A DNA stretch of 58,963 nt, the filler included. It is 7 parts of 7 records of this genome, joined end to end, with 100 filler letters (N's around TTAATTAATTAA, not from the genome) between each part and the next. Parts side by side here need not be neighbours in the genome. Positions count along the whole stretch, not along the records: positions 39,325 to 45,140 come from SRR31156797_21233; positions 45,241 to 53,308 come from SRR31156797_21234; 5 more parts are not named here. One strand, 5' to 3'. The notes under the pieces were generated by a model, which saw nothing but the letters and a program-made list of their open reading frames with translations, was not told the origin of the DNA and made no database searches. The translations under genes and the position numbers were made by a program. Numbering within the stretch: the stretch's first letter is position 1; each line of letters opens with the position of its first letter. Shown here piece by piece: positions 41,127 to 49,876 of the stretch.

Positions 41127-41999
41127 TTACCTGTTATATTCACCGAGGATTCGGTTTGTATTTCTAATTATATCGTAAAAACTATCTTCTCTGGCATCAA
41201 AACCAGACCAAGTGATACCATTACCGGAAAAAACTTTTTTACCATAGTTTGTTTTAGTATCTGTATTTAATGCTATTAAAGCACTCTTAATTTCTTTTTT
41301 ATTTATTTCATCCATGCTGGAAGAGACTGCAATTGCGTCTAAAGGAATATTTTTTACAATGGCAATAACTTCAAAGTTATTTGGATCAAGTTTAGCTAAT
41401 CTTGCAGTATGATTTAGTTCTCCCATAGCACCAGCACTAATAACACCATTATCAATTGCTTTTAAAACATTTGGATGAGAACCTAAAAAGAATATTTTTT
41501 TAAAGTAATTATTTGGATCAATATTCCATTCCGAAATAATATATGTAATGGGAAATTTATATCCCGAAGATGATTTTTCATCAACAAAGCCAATTATTCT
41601 ATTTTCTAATTCTTGATAGTTATTAATTCCACTTCCTTTTTTAACAACTATATTACTTTCATAAAATGATTTTCCAGATTTTAAGTCTTTTGCTGTACAA
41701 AGATATTCAATTAATTCCTTATGTTTATTTTTTGCATTTACATATGCACTGGAAGGAAAAATTCCTATATCAATAAACCCTTGGCTAACAGCGCTACCAA
41801 GCTCTTCATAATCAGAAGTAGTAGCCATTTTAACATTTAAATCCGTTTTCTCTGATAGATAATCAACGAGAACTTCGAATTTTTGTTTCATTTCATTGGA
41901 ATCTCCTCCCCAAGGTGGAATTCCTAAAATAACGGTTTCTTTTTTTCCAAAAGCAACTAAAGAGATTAACACAAAAATTACAGATAAATATTTTTTCAT
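41127..41999 (-). CDS. PhnD-like phosphate/phosphonate-binding periplasmic protein
   Basis: Signal peptide; DYEEL, YESNIVV, FVDEKSSSGYKFP and GSHPNV motifs. Confidence 0.85.
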   Translation of the reverse strand: MKKYLSVIFVLISLVAFGKKETVILGIPPWGGDSNEMKQKFEVLVDYLSEKTDLNVKMATTSDYEELGSAVSQGFIDIGIFPSSAYVNAKNKHKELIEYLCTAKDLKSGKSFYESNIVVKKGSGINNYQELENRIIGFVDEKSSSGYKFPITYIISEWNIDPNNYFKKIFFLGSHPNVLKAIDNGVISAGAMGELNHTARLAKLDPNNFEVIAIVKNIPLDAIAVSSSMDEINKKEIKSALIALNTDTKTNYGKKVFSGNGITWSGFDAREDSFYDIIRNTNRILGEYNR

Positions 42000-42181
42000 A
42001 AACAGACACTCCTTTCTTTAATTCTCAAATAAGAAAAAGCCAGACAAAGCTCTATAGTAGTATAACATAGATTACAGTTAATTATATAGTTAGTTTTATA
42101 AAAAAAAGCTTGTTTTTAGTAAAAATGTCATACTTTACTACTTTCGTATAACTATAATTTAGAATATTTATATGATAAAAC

Positions 42182-42223
42182 AAAAACATCGTTTAACTTG
42201 AAATAAGCCGGAACGATGTTTTT
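42182..42223. terminator. Hairpin directly after the truncated HEPN gene
   Basis: AAAAACATCGTT...AACGATGTTTTT inverted repeat. Confidence 0.55.
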
Positions 42224-42299
42224 ATTTAAATTCATAAATACTATTAATTGAATCAATCATATGTCTAACATAAACAGAATCATCTCTTTTACGCTTCAT
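42222..42299 (-). pseudogene. Truncated HepT/DUF86 (HEPN) toxin, 25 aa
   Basis: MKRKRDDSVYVRHMIDSINSIYEFK* overlaps the MNT stop; resembles DUF86 N-termini but lacks the RX4-6H motif. Confidence 0.7.
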
Positions 42300-42585
42300 A
42301 GATCACCTCAGCTTCTTGTAAAACTTTCTCTTTAAAATAAGGACTTAATGATTTTTCAGTAAGTAAGTCTACATCAGTGTGAAGTAAATCTTCCAATTTA
42401 TGTTTTACCCCAATTATCTTAAACATACTAATTTTATTTTGAAAAGTTACTAACAAGTCAATATCACTTTCATTTGTACTTTCATTATTTAAAGTTGATC
42501 CAAATAACATCAGTTTTTTAATTCCTTCTGATTTACAAATCTTCGAAATATCATTTTTATAACTATAAAATTCATTCTTTAGCAT
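42289..42585 (-). CDS. Minimal nucleotidyltransferase (MNT) antitoxin
   Basis: LFGS-X10-DIDLLV and VDLLT motifs, 98 aa. Confidence 0.9.
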   Translation of the reverse strand: MLKNEFYSYKNDISKICKSEGIKKLMLFGSTLNNESTNESDIDLLVTFQNKISMFKIIGVKHKLEDLLHTDVDLLTEKSLSPYFKEKVLQEAEVIYEA

Positions 42586-42702
42586 TATTTAGCCACCTCA
42601 ATTCTTTAAAGCTAAGTTCGTTTCATATCTTTCTTTATTTTACATCAATATACTACATAAATCAATAACTTGATTTTATATTAACTTTTTTAGAATAAAA
42701 CT

Positions 42703-42734
42703 AAAAAATCCTCTCCTAAAAAAGAAGAGGATTT
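42703..42734 (-). terminator. Intrinsic terminator after metH
   Basis: AAATCCTCT..AGAGGATTT stem with a U-tract on the minus strand. Confidence 0.65.
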
Positions 42735-42748
42735 ATATAAAATTAATT

Positions 42749-45121
42749 TTACTTCACTTCGAAGAACTCATTTGCTACAACAACTGATTCTCTGGCATCT
42801 TTACAATACCAGTCAGCGCCGATCTCTTTTGCGTATTCCGGAGTTAATACTGCTCCTCCGACGAATATTTTTGTATCAAGTCCTGCTGCCTTTATCGCTT
42901 CGATAGTTTTCTGCATATTATCAACAGTAGTTGTCATTAATGCACTTAGTCCCAATAATTTGATGTTGTTATCTCTACAGAAATCCACTACATAATCTAT
43001 GTCTACATCTTTTCCAAGATCATGCATTTTGAATCCGTAGTTTTCTAATAATACTTTTACGATGTTCTTACCGATGTCATGAACATCTCCTTTTACAGTA
43101 GCTATTGCAATATCACCTTTGTTAATGCTTGCATGTCCGCTCTCTACTAATTTTGCTTTGATCTCAACAAAAGCTGCTTTTACTGCATCAGCAGATTTAA
43201 TAAGTTGTGGCAGGAAAAATACACCCTTTTCGAATTTTTCTCCTACGAAATCAAGTGCAGGGATAAGTTCATTGTTGACGATATCCATTGCTTCTCTTGA
43301 TTCAAGTTCTTTTGCTGTTCTATGTCCGGCTTCATCTTTCAGACCTTTTATTACTACTTCTTTAAGAGAAATTTCTTTAGTTGTTGCCTGTTGAGCAGGT
43401 GCTACATTTTCCTCTTTTGAGAAATATTCTATATAATTTTCAGAGCCAAGATCTTCACCTGATAACACTTTATATGCCATGATAGTATCTTTGATCTCTT
43501 TATGAGTTGGATCAGTTATTGGTGCGTCCAGACCATATTCAAATGCCATAGTCATGTACACAGTGTTAATAAGTTTTCTGTTTGGAAGCCCGAATGAAAT
43601 ATTACTTGCTCCAAGTGTTGATTTAACTCTGTATTTATTCTTAAGAGTTCTTATTGCTTCAAGTGTTCCCCTTACTTCTTCCTGTTGCGCAGATGCAGTT
43701 AGTACAAGAGTATCAACTATGAAGTCTTCCTCTCTGATTCCGTATTTAGCACCTTCGTTTATTATCTTCTCAGCTATATCTACTCTCTCCTGAGATGATT
43801 TAGGAAGTCCCTTCTCCATACAAAGAGCTATTAATAAACATCCGTATTTTTGTGCTATTGGCAGGATTGCGTCAAGGCTTTCCTGTTTAGCATTTACTGA
43901 GTTAATAATTGCTCTCCCACTGTAGTATCTACATGCTTCTTCGATTACTTCAGGGTTCGAGCTGTCTATTTGAAGAGGAGTTTTAACTATAACCTGTAGT
44001 TCTTTTACTAGCTCCTTCATCATTGTTTTTTCATCTATTCCCGGCATTCCTAAATTTACGTCTAAGATATCTGCTCCGGCTTCCTCTTGTGAGATAGCTT
44101 CTGAGATTAGATAATCATAGTCATTTTCTTTAAGAGCTGCTTTAATTTTTTTCTTACCTGTTGGATTGATTCTTTCACCGATGATTCTTTTTCCGATTCC
44201 AAGTTCTACAGTAGTTGTAGTTGATGAAACCAGTGTTCTGTGTTTAGCTTTGTGTTCAACAAAAGCTACGTCTTTTACAGCTTCGATAGTTTGTTTGATA
44301 TATTCAGGAGTTGTACCGCAACATCCACCGATGATATTTACTCCTAATTCAACTAACTCTTTTACAGCTTCCGCATATTCAGTAGCTGTCATATCATATA
44401 CAGTTTTACCATCTTTGATAGCAGGAAGTCCTGCATTTGCCTGCATCATTACAGGTATTTCCGCGTATTCGATTATCTCTTTGACAATAGGAGTTAATTG
44501 TTTTGGCCCAAGTGAGCAGTTAACACCCACTGCATCTATTCCAAGGTTTTGAAGGATATTAACCATAGTTTTCGGATCAGTACCAGTTAATGATCTACCG
44601 TTTTCTTCAAAAGTAACTGTACAGAATACAGCTTTATCCGAGTTTTCTTTTACTGCTAATATAGCAGCTCTTGCTTCTGCAATATCCGTCATAGTCTCTA
44701 TAATAAACAGGTCAGAACCAGCTTCGTTACCAATCAGAACCTGCTCTTTGAACATCTCATAACACTCATCAAAGCTAAGCTCACCTAAAGGCTGCATAAG
44801 TTTCCCGATAGGGCCCAGATCCTGAGCAACTAATACTTTTTGATCCACTTTATCAGCAGATTTTCTAGCAACTTTGATTCCGGCTGAAATTAACTCTTTT
44901 ACGCTATATTTTGAATCTTTCATTTTATATGAGTTTGCACCAAATGTATTGGTAGTAATCACATTAGAACCAGCCTCGATATATTCGTCGTGTATCTCCT
45001 CTAATATATGAGCTTTATCAATGTTGTACTCTTCAGGTATCTCTCCTGCAACCATTCCCTTAATATTAAGCATCGTTCCCATTGCTCCATCAAAGAACAA
45101 GTGTTTATTTAACTTCTCCAC
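42749..45121 (-). CDS. metH: Cobalamin-dependent methionine synthase lacking the AdoMet reactivation domain (split MetH)
   Basis: FDGAMGT, GVNCS, GGCCGT (homocysteine domain); IGERINPTG (pterin domain); GDVHDIGKNIV and SALMTTT (B12-binding domain); ends at 790 aa. Confidence 0.93.
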   Translation of the reverse strand: MEKLNKHLFFDGAMGTMLNIKGMVAGEIPEEYNIDKAHILEEIHDEYIEAGSNVITTNTFGANSYKMKDSKYSVKELISAGIKVARKSADKVDQKVLVAQDLGPIGKLMQPLGELSFDECYEMFKEQVLIGNEAGSDLFIIETMTDIAEARAAILAVKENSDKAVFCTVTFEENGRSLTGTDPKTMVNILQNLGIDAVGVNCSLGPKQLTPIVKEIIEYAEIPVMMQANAGLPAIKDGKTVYDMTATEYAEAVKELVELGVNIIGGCCGTTPEYIKQTIEAVKDVAFVEHKAKHRTLVSSTTTTVELGIGKRIIGERINPTGKKKIKAALKENDYDYLISEAISQEEAGADILDVNLGMPGIDEKTMMKELVKELQVIVKTPLQIDSSNPEVIEEACRYYSGRAIINSVNAKQESLDAILPIAQKYGCLLIALCMEKGLPKSSQERVDIAEKIINEGAKYGIREEDFIVDTLVLTASAQQEEVRGTLEAIRTLKNKYRVKSTLGASNISFGLPNRKLINTVYMTMAFEYGLDAPITDPTHKEIKDTIMAYKVLSGEDLGSENYIEYFSKEENVAPAQQATTKEISLKEVVIKGLKDEAGHRTAKELESREAMDIVNNELIPALDFVGEKFEKGVFFLPQLIKSADAVKAAFVEIKAKLVESGHASINKGDIAIATVKGDVHDIGKNIVKVLLENYGFKMHDLGKDVDIDYVVDFCRDNNIKLLGLSALMTTTVDNMQKTIEAIKAAGLDTKIFVGGAVLTPEYAKEIGADWYCKDARESVVVANEFFEVK

Positions 45122-45140
45122 AAATGTCTCCTCTCTTCCT

Positions 45141-45240
45141 NNNNNNNNNNNNNNNNNNNNNNNNNNNNNNNNNNNNNNNNNNNNTTAATTAATTAANNNN
45201 NNNNNNNNNNNNNNNNNNNNNNNNNNNNNNNNNNNNNNNN
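45141..45240. other. Artificial contig linker
   Basis: N-run with TTAATTAATTAA. Confidence 0.99.
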
Positions 45241-45372
45241 ATGTCCAGCCGCAGCGAAGGGGAAGAGGCGATTTCCGCGCTCAACGGTAAAGATATGGAC
45301 GGCCGTCAGATCAAGGTCAATGAAGCCAGGCCGAGAAATAACGACCGCGGCGGCGGAAGAGGCCGTTACTAG
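45241..45372 (+). CDS. RRM RNA-binding protein, C-terminal fragment (not in the ORF track)
   Basis: ..AISALNGKDMDGRQIKVNEARPR..RGGGRGRY*. Confidence 0.88.
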   Translation: MSSRSEGEEAISALNGKDMDGRQIKVNEARPRNNDRGGGRGRY

Positions 45373-45535
45373 TTTTAAAGGCTGAACGGGTGAGAGGGTG
45401 AGGGTCGGTTTTTAATGGGCCTTCATCCTGCCTTAAAACGGTCGTTAAGCCGGCAAGACGGCCTTTTTGATGTTTGTTTGGATTTTTTCTTAATAAAACA
45501 AAAAATTAAAGCATTAATTACCAGGACGGGTTTGT

Positions 45536-45934
45536 TCAGGTCATAATCATAACTTTGACCTGGCTTGGGACCAGTTGCGCTCCAACAATGTTGTTGTCAT
45601 TGTGGGTGGTTGGACTGGTCATGCGGACGGCTTCCGTGCCTTGTATCTTTACTTTTACGCTGCCCATCTGGTATTCAACTTTGCCCATGTTTTTACCGGA
45701 GGCGACGCCGCCGATGGCTCCGGCTTCATCGCCATTGCTGGTATTGTATTTTGATTTTTTAGTCAGGGCGGGCATTCCGCTGCAATACACTTTCGTTGCT
45801 GCGTCAGTGGCCAGGGGGCAATTGACTACGTTCACATATGGTATGGGCGCCTGGCCGACCGGCGGCGGGACTGTTGTCTTGCATACATCAGGGGCTCCGT
45901 TACACATACCTTTTTCGGTTGTTGAAGCATACAT
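45536..45934 (-). CDS. PAAR-like spike-tip protein (DUF4150)
   Basis: PDVCKT..P..PIPYVN, SNGDEAG and GSVKVKIQG motifs; last gene of the vgrG cassette. Confidence 0.88.
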   Translation of the reverse strand: MYASTTEKGMCNGAPDVCKTTVPPPVGQAPIPYVNVVNCPLATDAATKVYCSGMPALTKKSKYNTSNGDEAGAIGGVASGKNMGKVEYQMGSVKVKIQGTEAVRMTSPTTHNDNNIVGAQLVPSQVKVMIMT

Positions 45935-45954
45935 TTATCTATCCCTCTATATGA

Positions 45955-46599
45955 TCAGCCTAACAGTATCTTGTCCGCATCCACTTTAACCCGGTCCTTT
46001 GACCTGATGGAAACGGATTTGGAATTTATGGAAAATTGCTGTTTGATCCTCAGACTGGCCCTGCCTATCAGGGAATCTTCAAACTCGTCAATTCTGCGGT
46101 AAAGGCGTTTGAAATGTTGCATAGCCGTTTCCGCTCTGTTTTCAATAAAGTCAGCCGCCAATTTATATATTCGGGTTTTACCTGTGATTGAATCGCCTTT
46201 AAAGGAAAGCTCGTTAAAATCGGCTTTACCGGTATGACAGGAAACGCCGATTTTGTCTGCTTCTATTTCCATGTCTTGTCTGCTGCTTGCCGTAATGCGA
46301 TCGGCGTTTAAGTCCAGAGCCCCGGATACGTCTATGGCCGCGTCGCCGGAAAAGGACAGGACAGCCCTGGCGCTTGAGGCGCCGCGTTTTAACACGTTAA
46401 GGATATAAACTTCATTTTCGTCAATCCACAAAAGGAGCACCCTGTCCCTTATTTCAGGGATAAGCAGGCAGTCGGCCGAACGTTCGGCTTGTACAAGTCC
46501 GAATTCCGTGCGCACTATGAATTTATGTTCGCTTTGCCCGACTATAAGGCCTTTTTCCAGGCTTAAGTCCGTATTATCCTTTTTCTTAAGCGGCAGCAT
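45955..46599 (-). CDS. DUF3540-like T6SS accessory protein
   Basis: AERSADCLLIPEIRDRVL..YILNVL, beta-strand repeats, VKVDADKILLG C-terminus; position in the cassette. Confidence 0.78.
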   Translation of the reverse strand: MLPLKKKDNTDLSLEKGLIVGQSEHKFIVRTEFGLVQAERSADCLLIPEIRDRVLLLWIDENEVYILNVLKRGASSARAVLSFSGDAAIDVSGALDLNADRITASSRQDMEIEADKIGVSCHTGKADFNELSFKGDSITGKTRIYKLAADFIENRAETAMQHFKRLYRRIDEFEDSLIGRASLRIKQQFSINSKSVSIRSKDRVKVDADKILLG

Positions 46600-46639
46600 A
46601 ATATGTGGTCCTTCCTTTAAACCATGCGGCTGGCTTATT

Positions 46640-47695
46640 TTATTTCTGTAATCCCCAGTCTTCTGCCTTGGCGCGAAGCGGGTCGGTTAAAAGAGCTTCA
46701 TCCTTGTTGGCGCCTTGCCAGAGAGCGTCCTTATCCGCGGTCCTGTGTAGGTTTGTGCGGGTAAGATCGCAATTGCTGAAATTTGCGCCGTTTAATTCCG
46801 CATGGGACATGTCGGCATAGGTTAGTTTGGCTCTGCTGAAATTTGCATTTTTGGCCGCGGCGTTCATGAACCGGGCTTGAGTCAGATCGGCGCCGCTAAA
46901 GTCGGCGGTTGCCAGATTGCACTTTTGAAAGTCGGCCCCTTCCAGGTATGATCCCTGAAACAAGACGCCGCTGCAGTCCGCGGAATTAAAAGAGGCGGCA
47001 TAGCCCGAAATTCCGGATAAATCCGATCCGGCCAGGGCGGCCCTGCTGAAATTGCACTGGGTCAGGTCGCAGTTTTTGAATATGGTGGATGATAGGTCGG
47101 TATCATTAAAATGGCACATTAAAAATGATGCACCCGAATAATCCGCGCCCGACAGGTCCGTATCGATCAAGAAGGCTTTATGAAAACGGGTGTTTTCAAC
47201 TTTTATATCCTTTAAAACAGCGGATTCAAAATAGGTTTGACGGCAAATGGCGCCGGAAAGGTCGGCGCCGGTTAAATCAGCGGCAGCCAGGTTGGTCATG
47301 GTCAAATTTACGTTTATCAGTTTTGTTTGGTGAAGATTGCATGCGCCCGCTTCCGCTTCGCTGAAATCGGCGTCCGTCAAATTAGCTTGCGCCAAAACCG
47401 TATTGTCAAATGTGGAACCGGCCAGGTTGACGCCTTGCATGTTGGCGCCTGAAAGATCGACCTGGATCAGCATGCAGTTGGAAAGATCAGCGCCGGAAAA
47501 ACCGGCGCCCTGTAAATCAACCTGGGTCAGTGTGGCGCCGGACAGATTTGCTCTTTCCAGGTTGGCATTTTTAAATGATGTCTTTTGAAAAACGGCGCCT
47601 GACAGGATCAGGCCGGAAAGGTCAATACCGGTAAGATCCAAGCCCGAGATTACCTGGCGCGATTCAATCGCTTTTATTATTTCTTCCCTCTTCAA
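46640..47695 (-). CDS. Pentapeptide-repeat protein
   Basis: Nearly continuous A(D/N)LxG-type pentapeptide repeats. Confidence 0.92.
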   Translation of the reverse strand: MKREEIIKAIESRQVISGLDLTGIDLSGLILSGAVFQKTSFKNANLERANLSGATLTQVDLQGAGFSGADLSNCMLIQVDLSGANMQGVNLAGSTFDNTVLAQANLTDADFSEAEAGACNLHQTKLINVNLTMTNLAAADLTGADLSGAICRQTYFESAVLKDIKVENTRFHKAFLIDTDLSGADYSGASFLMCHFNDTDLSSTIFKNCDLTQCNFSRAALAGSDLSGISGYAASFNSADCSGVLFQGSYLEGADFQKCNLATADFSGADLTQARFMNAAAKNANFSRAKLTYADMSHAELNGANFSNCDLTRTNLHRTADKDALWQGANKDEALLTDPLRAKAEDWGLQK

Positions 47696-47701
47696 TTTTC
47701 A

Positions 47702-49849
47702 TTACTCGTTTCTCAAGGCTGTTATCAGTGTGTTATCCAGGTTGGCCTCGTTTAATTTCGCCCCTCTTAGAGCCGCTTTAAACAGGTCGACGCCGTACAG
47801 GTTGGCGCCTCTCAGGTCGGCTTCCACCAGCACTGCTTTTCGTAAAGAGCCGTTCATCATATTAACGGACGGCATTTTTGCATTTGACAAATCGCTTTTT
47901 GAAAAATTCGCGCCCACGGCCGCGGCTGCCGTATAATTCGCTCCGGTTAAAACGCAACGGTCCATTTGGCTGTTTTCAAGGTTGGAACGGCTGAAATCCG
48001 ATTCCGTGAAATCAGCGTCGCTCCAGCATGTATCCGCAAGATTAGCTCTGGTGAAATCGCAGGAAACGAGAGACGTTTCCTCGCCGGCCCTGCTGCCGTG
48101 CATGTCTGACTCGCTGAATTTAACGCCTTGGCCTTTGGCGCCGTACAACTTCAAATCCCCGGCTATTACCGCAGTGAAATCGGCATTGTCCAAAACCGCG
48201 TCGCTCATATCCGCTCCGGTCAGATCAGCTTGTTTCCATATGGTGTTGGACAGGTTTGCCCCTTCAAACTCGGCCTGCACGGCGTTTACACCTGATAATT
48301 CCGAACCAGCCAAAACGGCCTGACTGAATTTGCAACCGCTTACGTTAGCGCCGGCAAGCTTTGCTTTTGATAATTCCGTCATTGTGAAATCCGAGTTGCT
48401 CAGGTCGGCCTCGGTTAATTCGGCTGCAGTGAATTTAGCCTGAAAGGCGACGGCGTCGGATATTGTTGATGAATTCAAGTTTACTCCGCTCAGGTCGGAA
48501 CCGGTTAAAACCGAGCCCGTCAAGTCAGCCCGGCTCAGATTGCTTTTATTGAACCTGACATTTTCCATGATTGCGCCGGACAGATTGATTCCGGAAAGGC
48601 TGCATTCCGAAAGATCGAGCCCTGACAAATTAACGCCGGAAAAACTTTTGCCGTCGGCATACATTTGCAGGACGTCTTCGCGTGACAGTTGATCCGGGGA
48701 ACGGATTGCGGCCGGTTTCGGTTTTTCAGCGGCGGGCATATCAGAAGCCGCGTCAACCATTGCCGCCGCAGCCGCGGCAGAGGGCTTTTCAGCATCCGCT
48801 TTTTTTTCCGGGACGCTCTTTTCAACTTTTTCTTCCAATTGGGATTTATAGAATTCAGCAGGTTTCGGTTTTTCGGAAGAGGGTTCGCAAAAGGCCATGA
48901 TGCTGCCGACATCCGCGGCTTCATCGTCATCAACTCTGGCTGTTCCATGCCAGATAAGCAAACCCATGTCCAGGTGTGGAATCAGGTACACGGTATCAAG
49001 ACGGGTTTTTACTTCATTGAAGGCGTCGTTGTTGGGAGCTTTACGATCAATGAACAACCTGCATCTCAAAGCCGGCAGTTTGCCCTGTATTTGTTCAACT
49101 TCAGGGTGCATGCCCTTGATCAGATACTGTTCGTCGCCCTTAAAGACTTCCTCAATGCGCTGGTCCTTTGGGGCAATATTGAAATATTCAAAATCGAAAT
49201 CATCAGGCAGGCCCGGCCAACGTTCAAGGAGCCAATTCTGGTCAAAGGTTCCTGTATTTTTTAACCTGGCCGGCCAGTTTAGCCCGAGAGGCGCAAAACC
49301 AGCCGGTTCTGGTTTATCATCCGGAGACCTGGTAAGCTGGTCCGGATTTTCGATATGGGGCCTTGGTATCAGTCGATCCCCTTTCTCGGTTAACGCTGGC
49401 GTTATGCCCATGCCGTCGGGGTTCTTATCATACCTGGGCCCTCCAAAAGCATTGGCCCAGGTTATATCAATCTCCTTAAAAGGTTTGATATCCGTGGATT
49501 CATTCTTAATAAGGCCGGTTTTAAAGTACCGGTCTCCAAATACGACCGCTCTTTTTTCAATTCGGCCCAGCCTGAAAGAAGCTTCGGACCGTTGAACTTC
49601 CTTCCCCATGTGTGCAAAGCACTTGCCCAATACCAATACTTCACTTTTGGGTTTGGGCATGCATAAGTCCAGGATTCCCTGGTCTCCCATGGCCGTGGCA
49701 GCCTTGTCCCAGAGTTCGGCTTCATCGTAAAGGGTTTGATTGTCCTGCAGGGAAAAGGCCGTTAAAACGGCAACGGACAGGCGGTCCCGCCCTTTCCAGC
49801 CAAAGACCTGGTAAAGGAGAGACAACTGTTCATTTTTGATGATATTCAC
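47702..49849 (-). CDS. DUF2169 domain plus pentapeptide-repeat T6SS adaptor
   Basis: MPKPKSEVLV, VFGDR, WANAFGG..NPDG, YFNIAPKDQ and LDTV motifs, followed by pentapeptide repeats. Confidence 0.88.
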   Translation of the reverse strand: MNIIKNEQLSLLYQVFGWKGRDRLSVAVLTAFSLQDNQTLYDEAELWDKAATAMGDQGILDLCMPKPKSEVLVLGKCFAHMGKEVQRSEASFRLGRIEKRAVVFGDRYFKTGLIKNESTDIKPFKEIDITWANAFGGPRYDKNPDGMGITPALTEKGDRLIPRPHIENPDQLTRSPDDKPEPAGFAPLGLNWPARLKNTGTFDQNWLLERWPGLPDDFDFEYFNIAPKDQRIEEVFKGDEQYLIKGMHPEVEQIQGKLPALRCRLFIDRKAPNNDAFNEVKTRLDTVYLIPHLDMGLLIWHGTARVDDDEAADVGSIMAFCEPSSEKPKPAEFYKSQLEEKVEKSVPEKKADAEKPSAAAAAAMVDAASDMPAAEKPKPAAIRSPDQLSREDVLQMYADGKSFSGVNLSGLDLSECSLSGINLSGAIMENVRFNKSNLSRADLTGSVLTGSDLSGVNLNSSTISDAVAFQAKFTAAELTEADLSNSDFTMTELSKAKLAGANVSGCKFSQAVLAGSELSGVNAVQAEFEGANLSNTIWKQADLTGADMSDAVLDNADFTAVIAGDLKLYGAKGQGVKFSESDMHGSRAGEETSLVSCDFTRANLADTCWSDADFTESDFSRSNLENSQMDRCVLTGANYTAAAAVGANFSKSDLSNAKMPSVNMMNGSLRKAVLVEADLRGANLYGVDLFKAALRGAKLNEANLDNTLITALRNE

Positions 49850-49876
49850 TAAAAAAATCCTTTAAGCAACTTGTTC

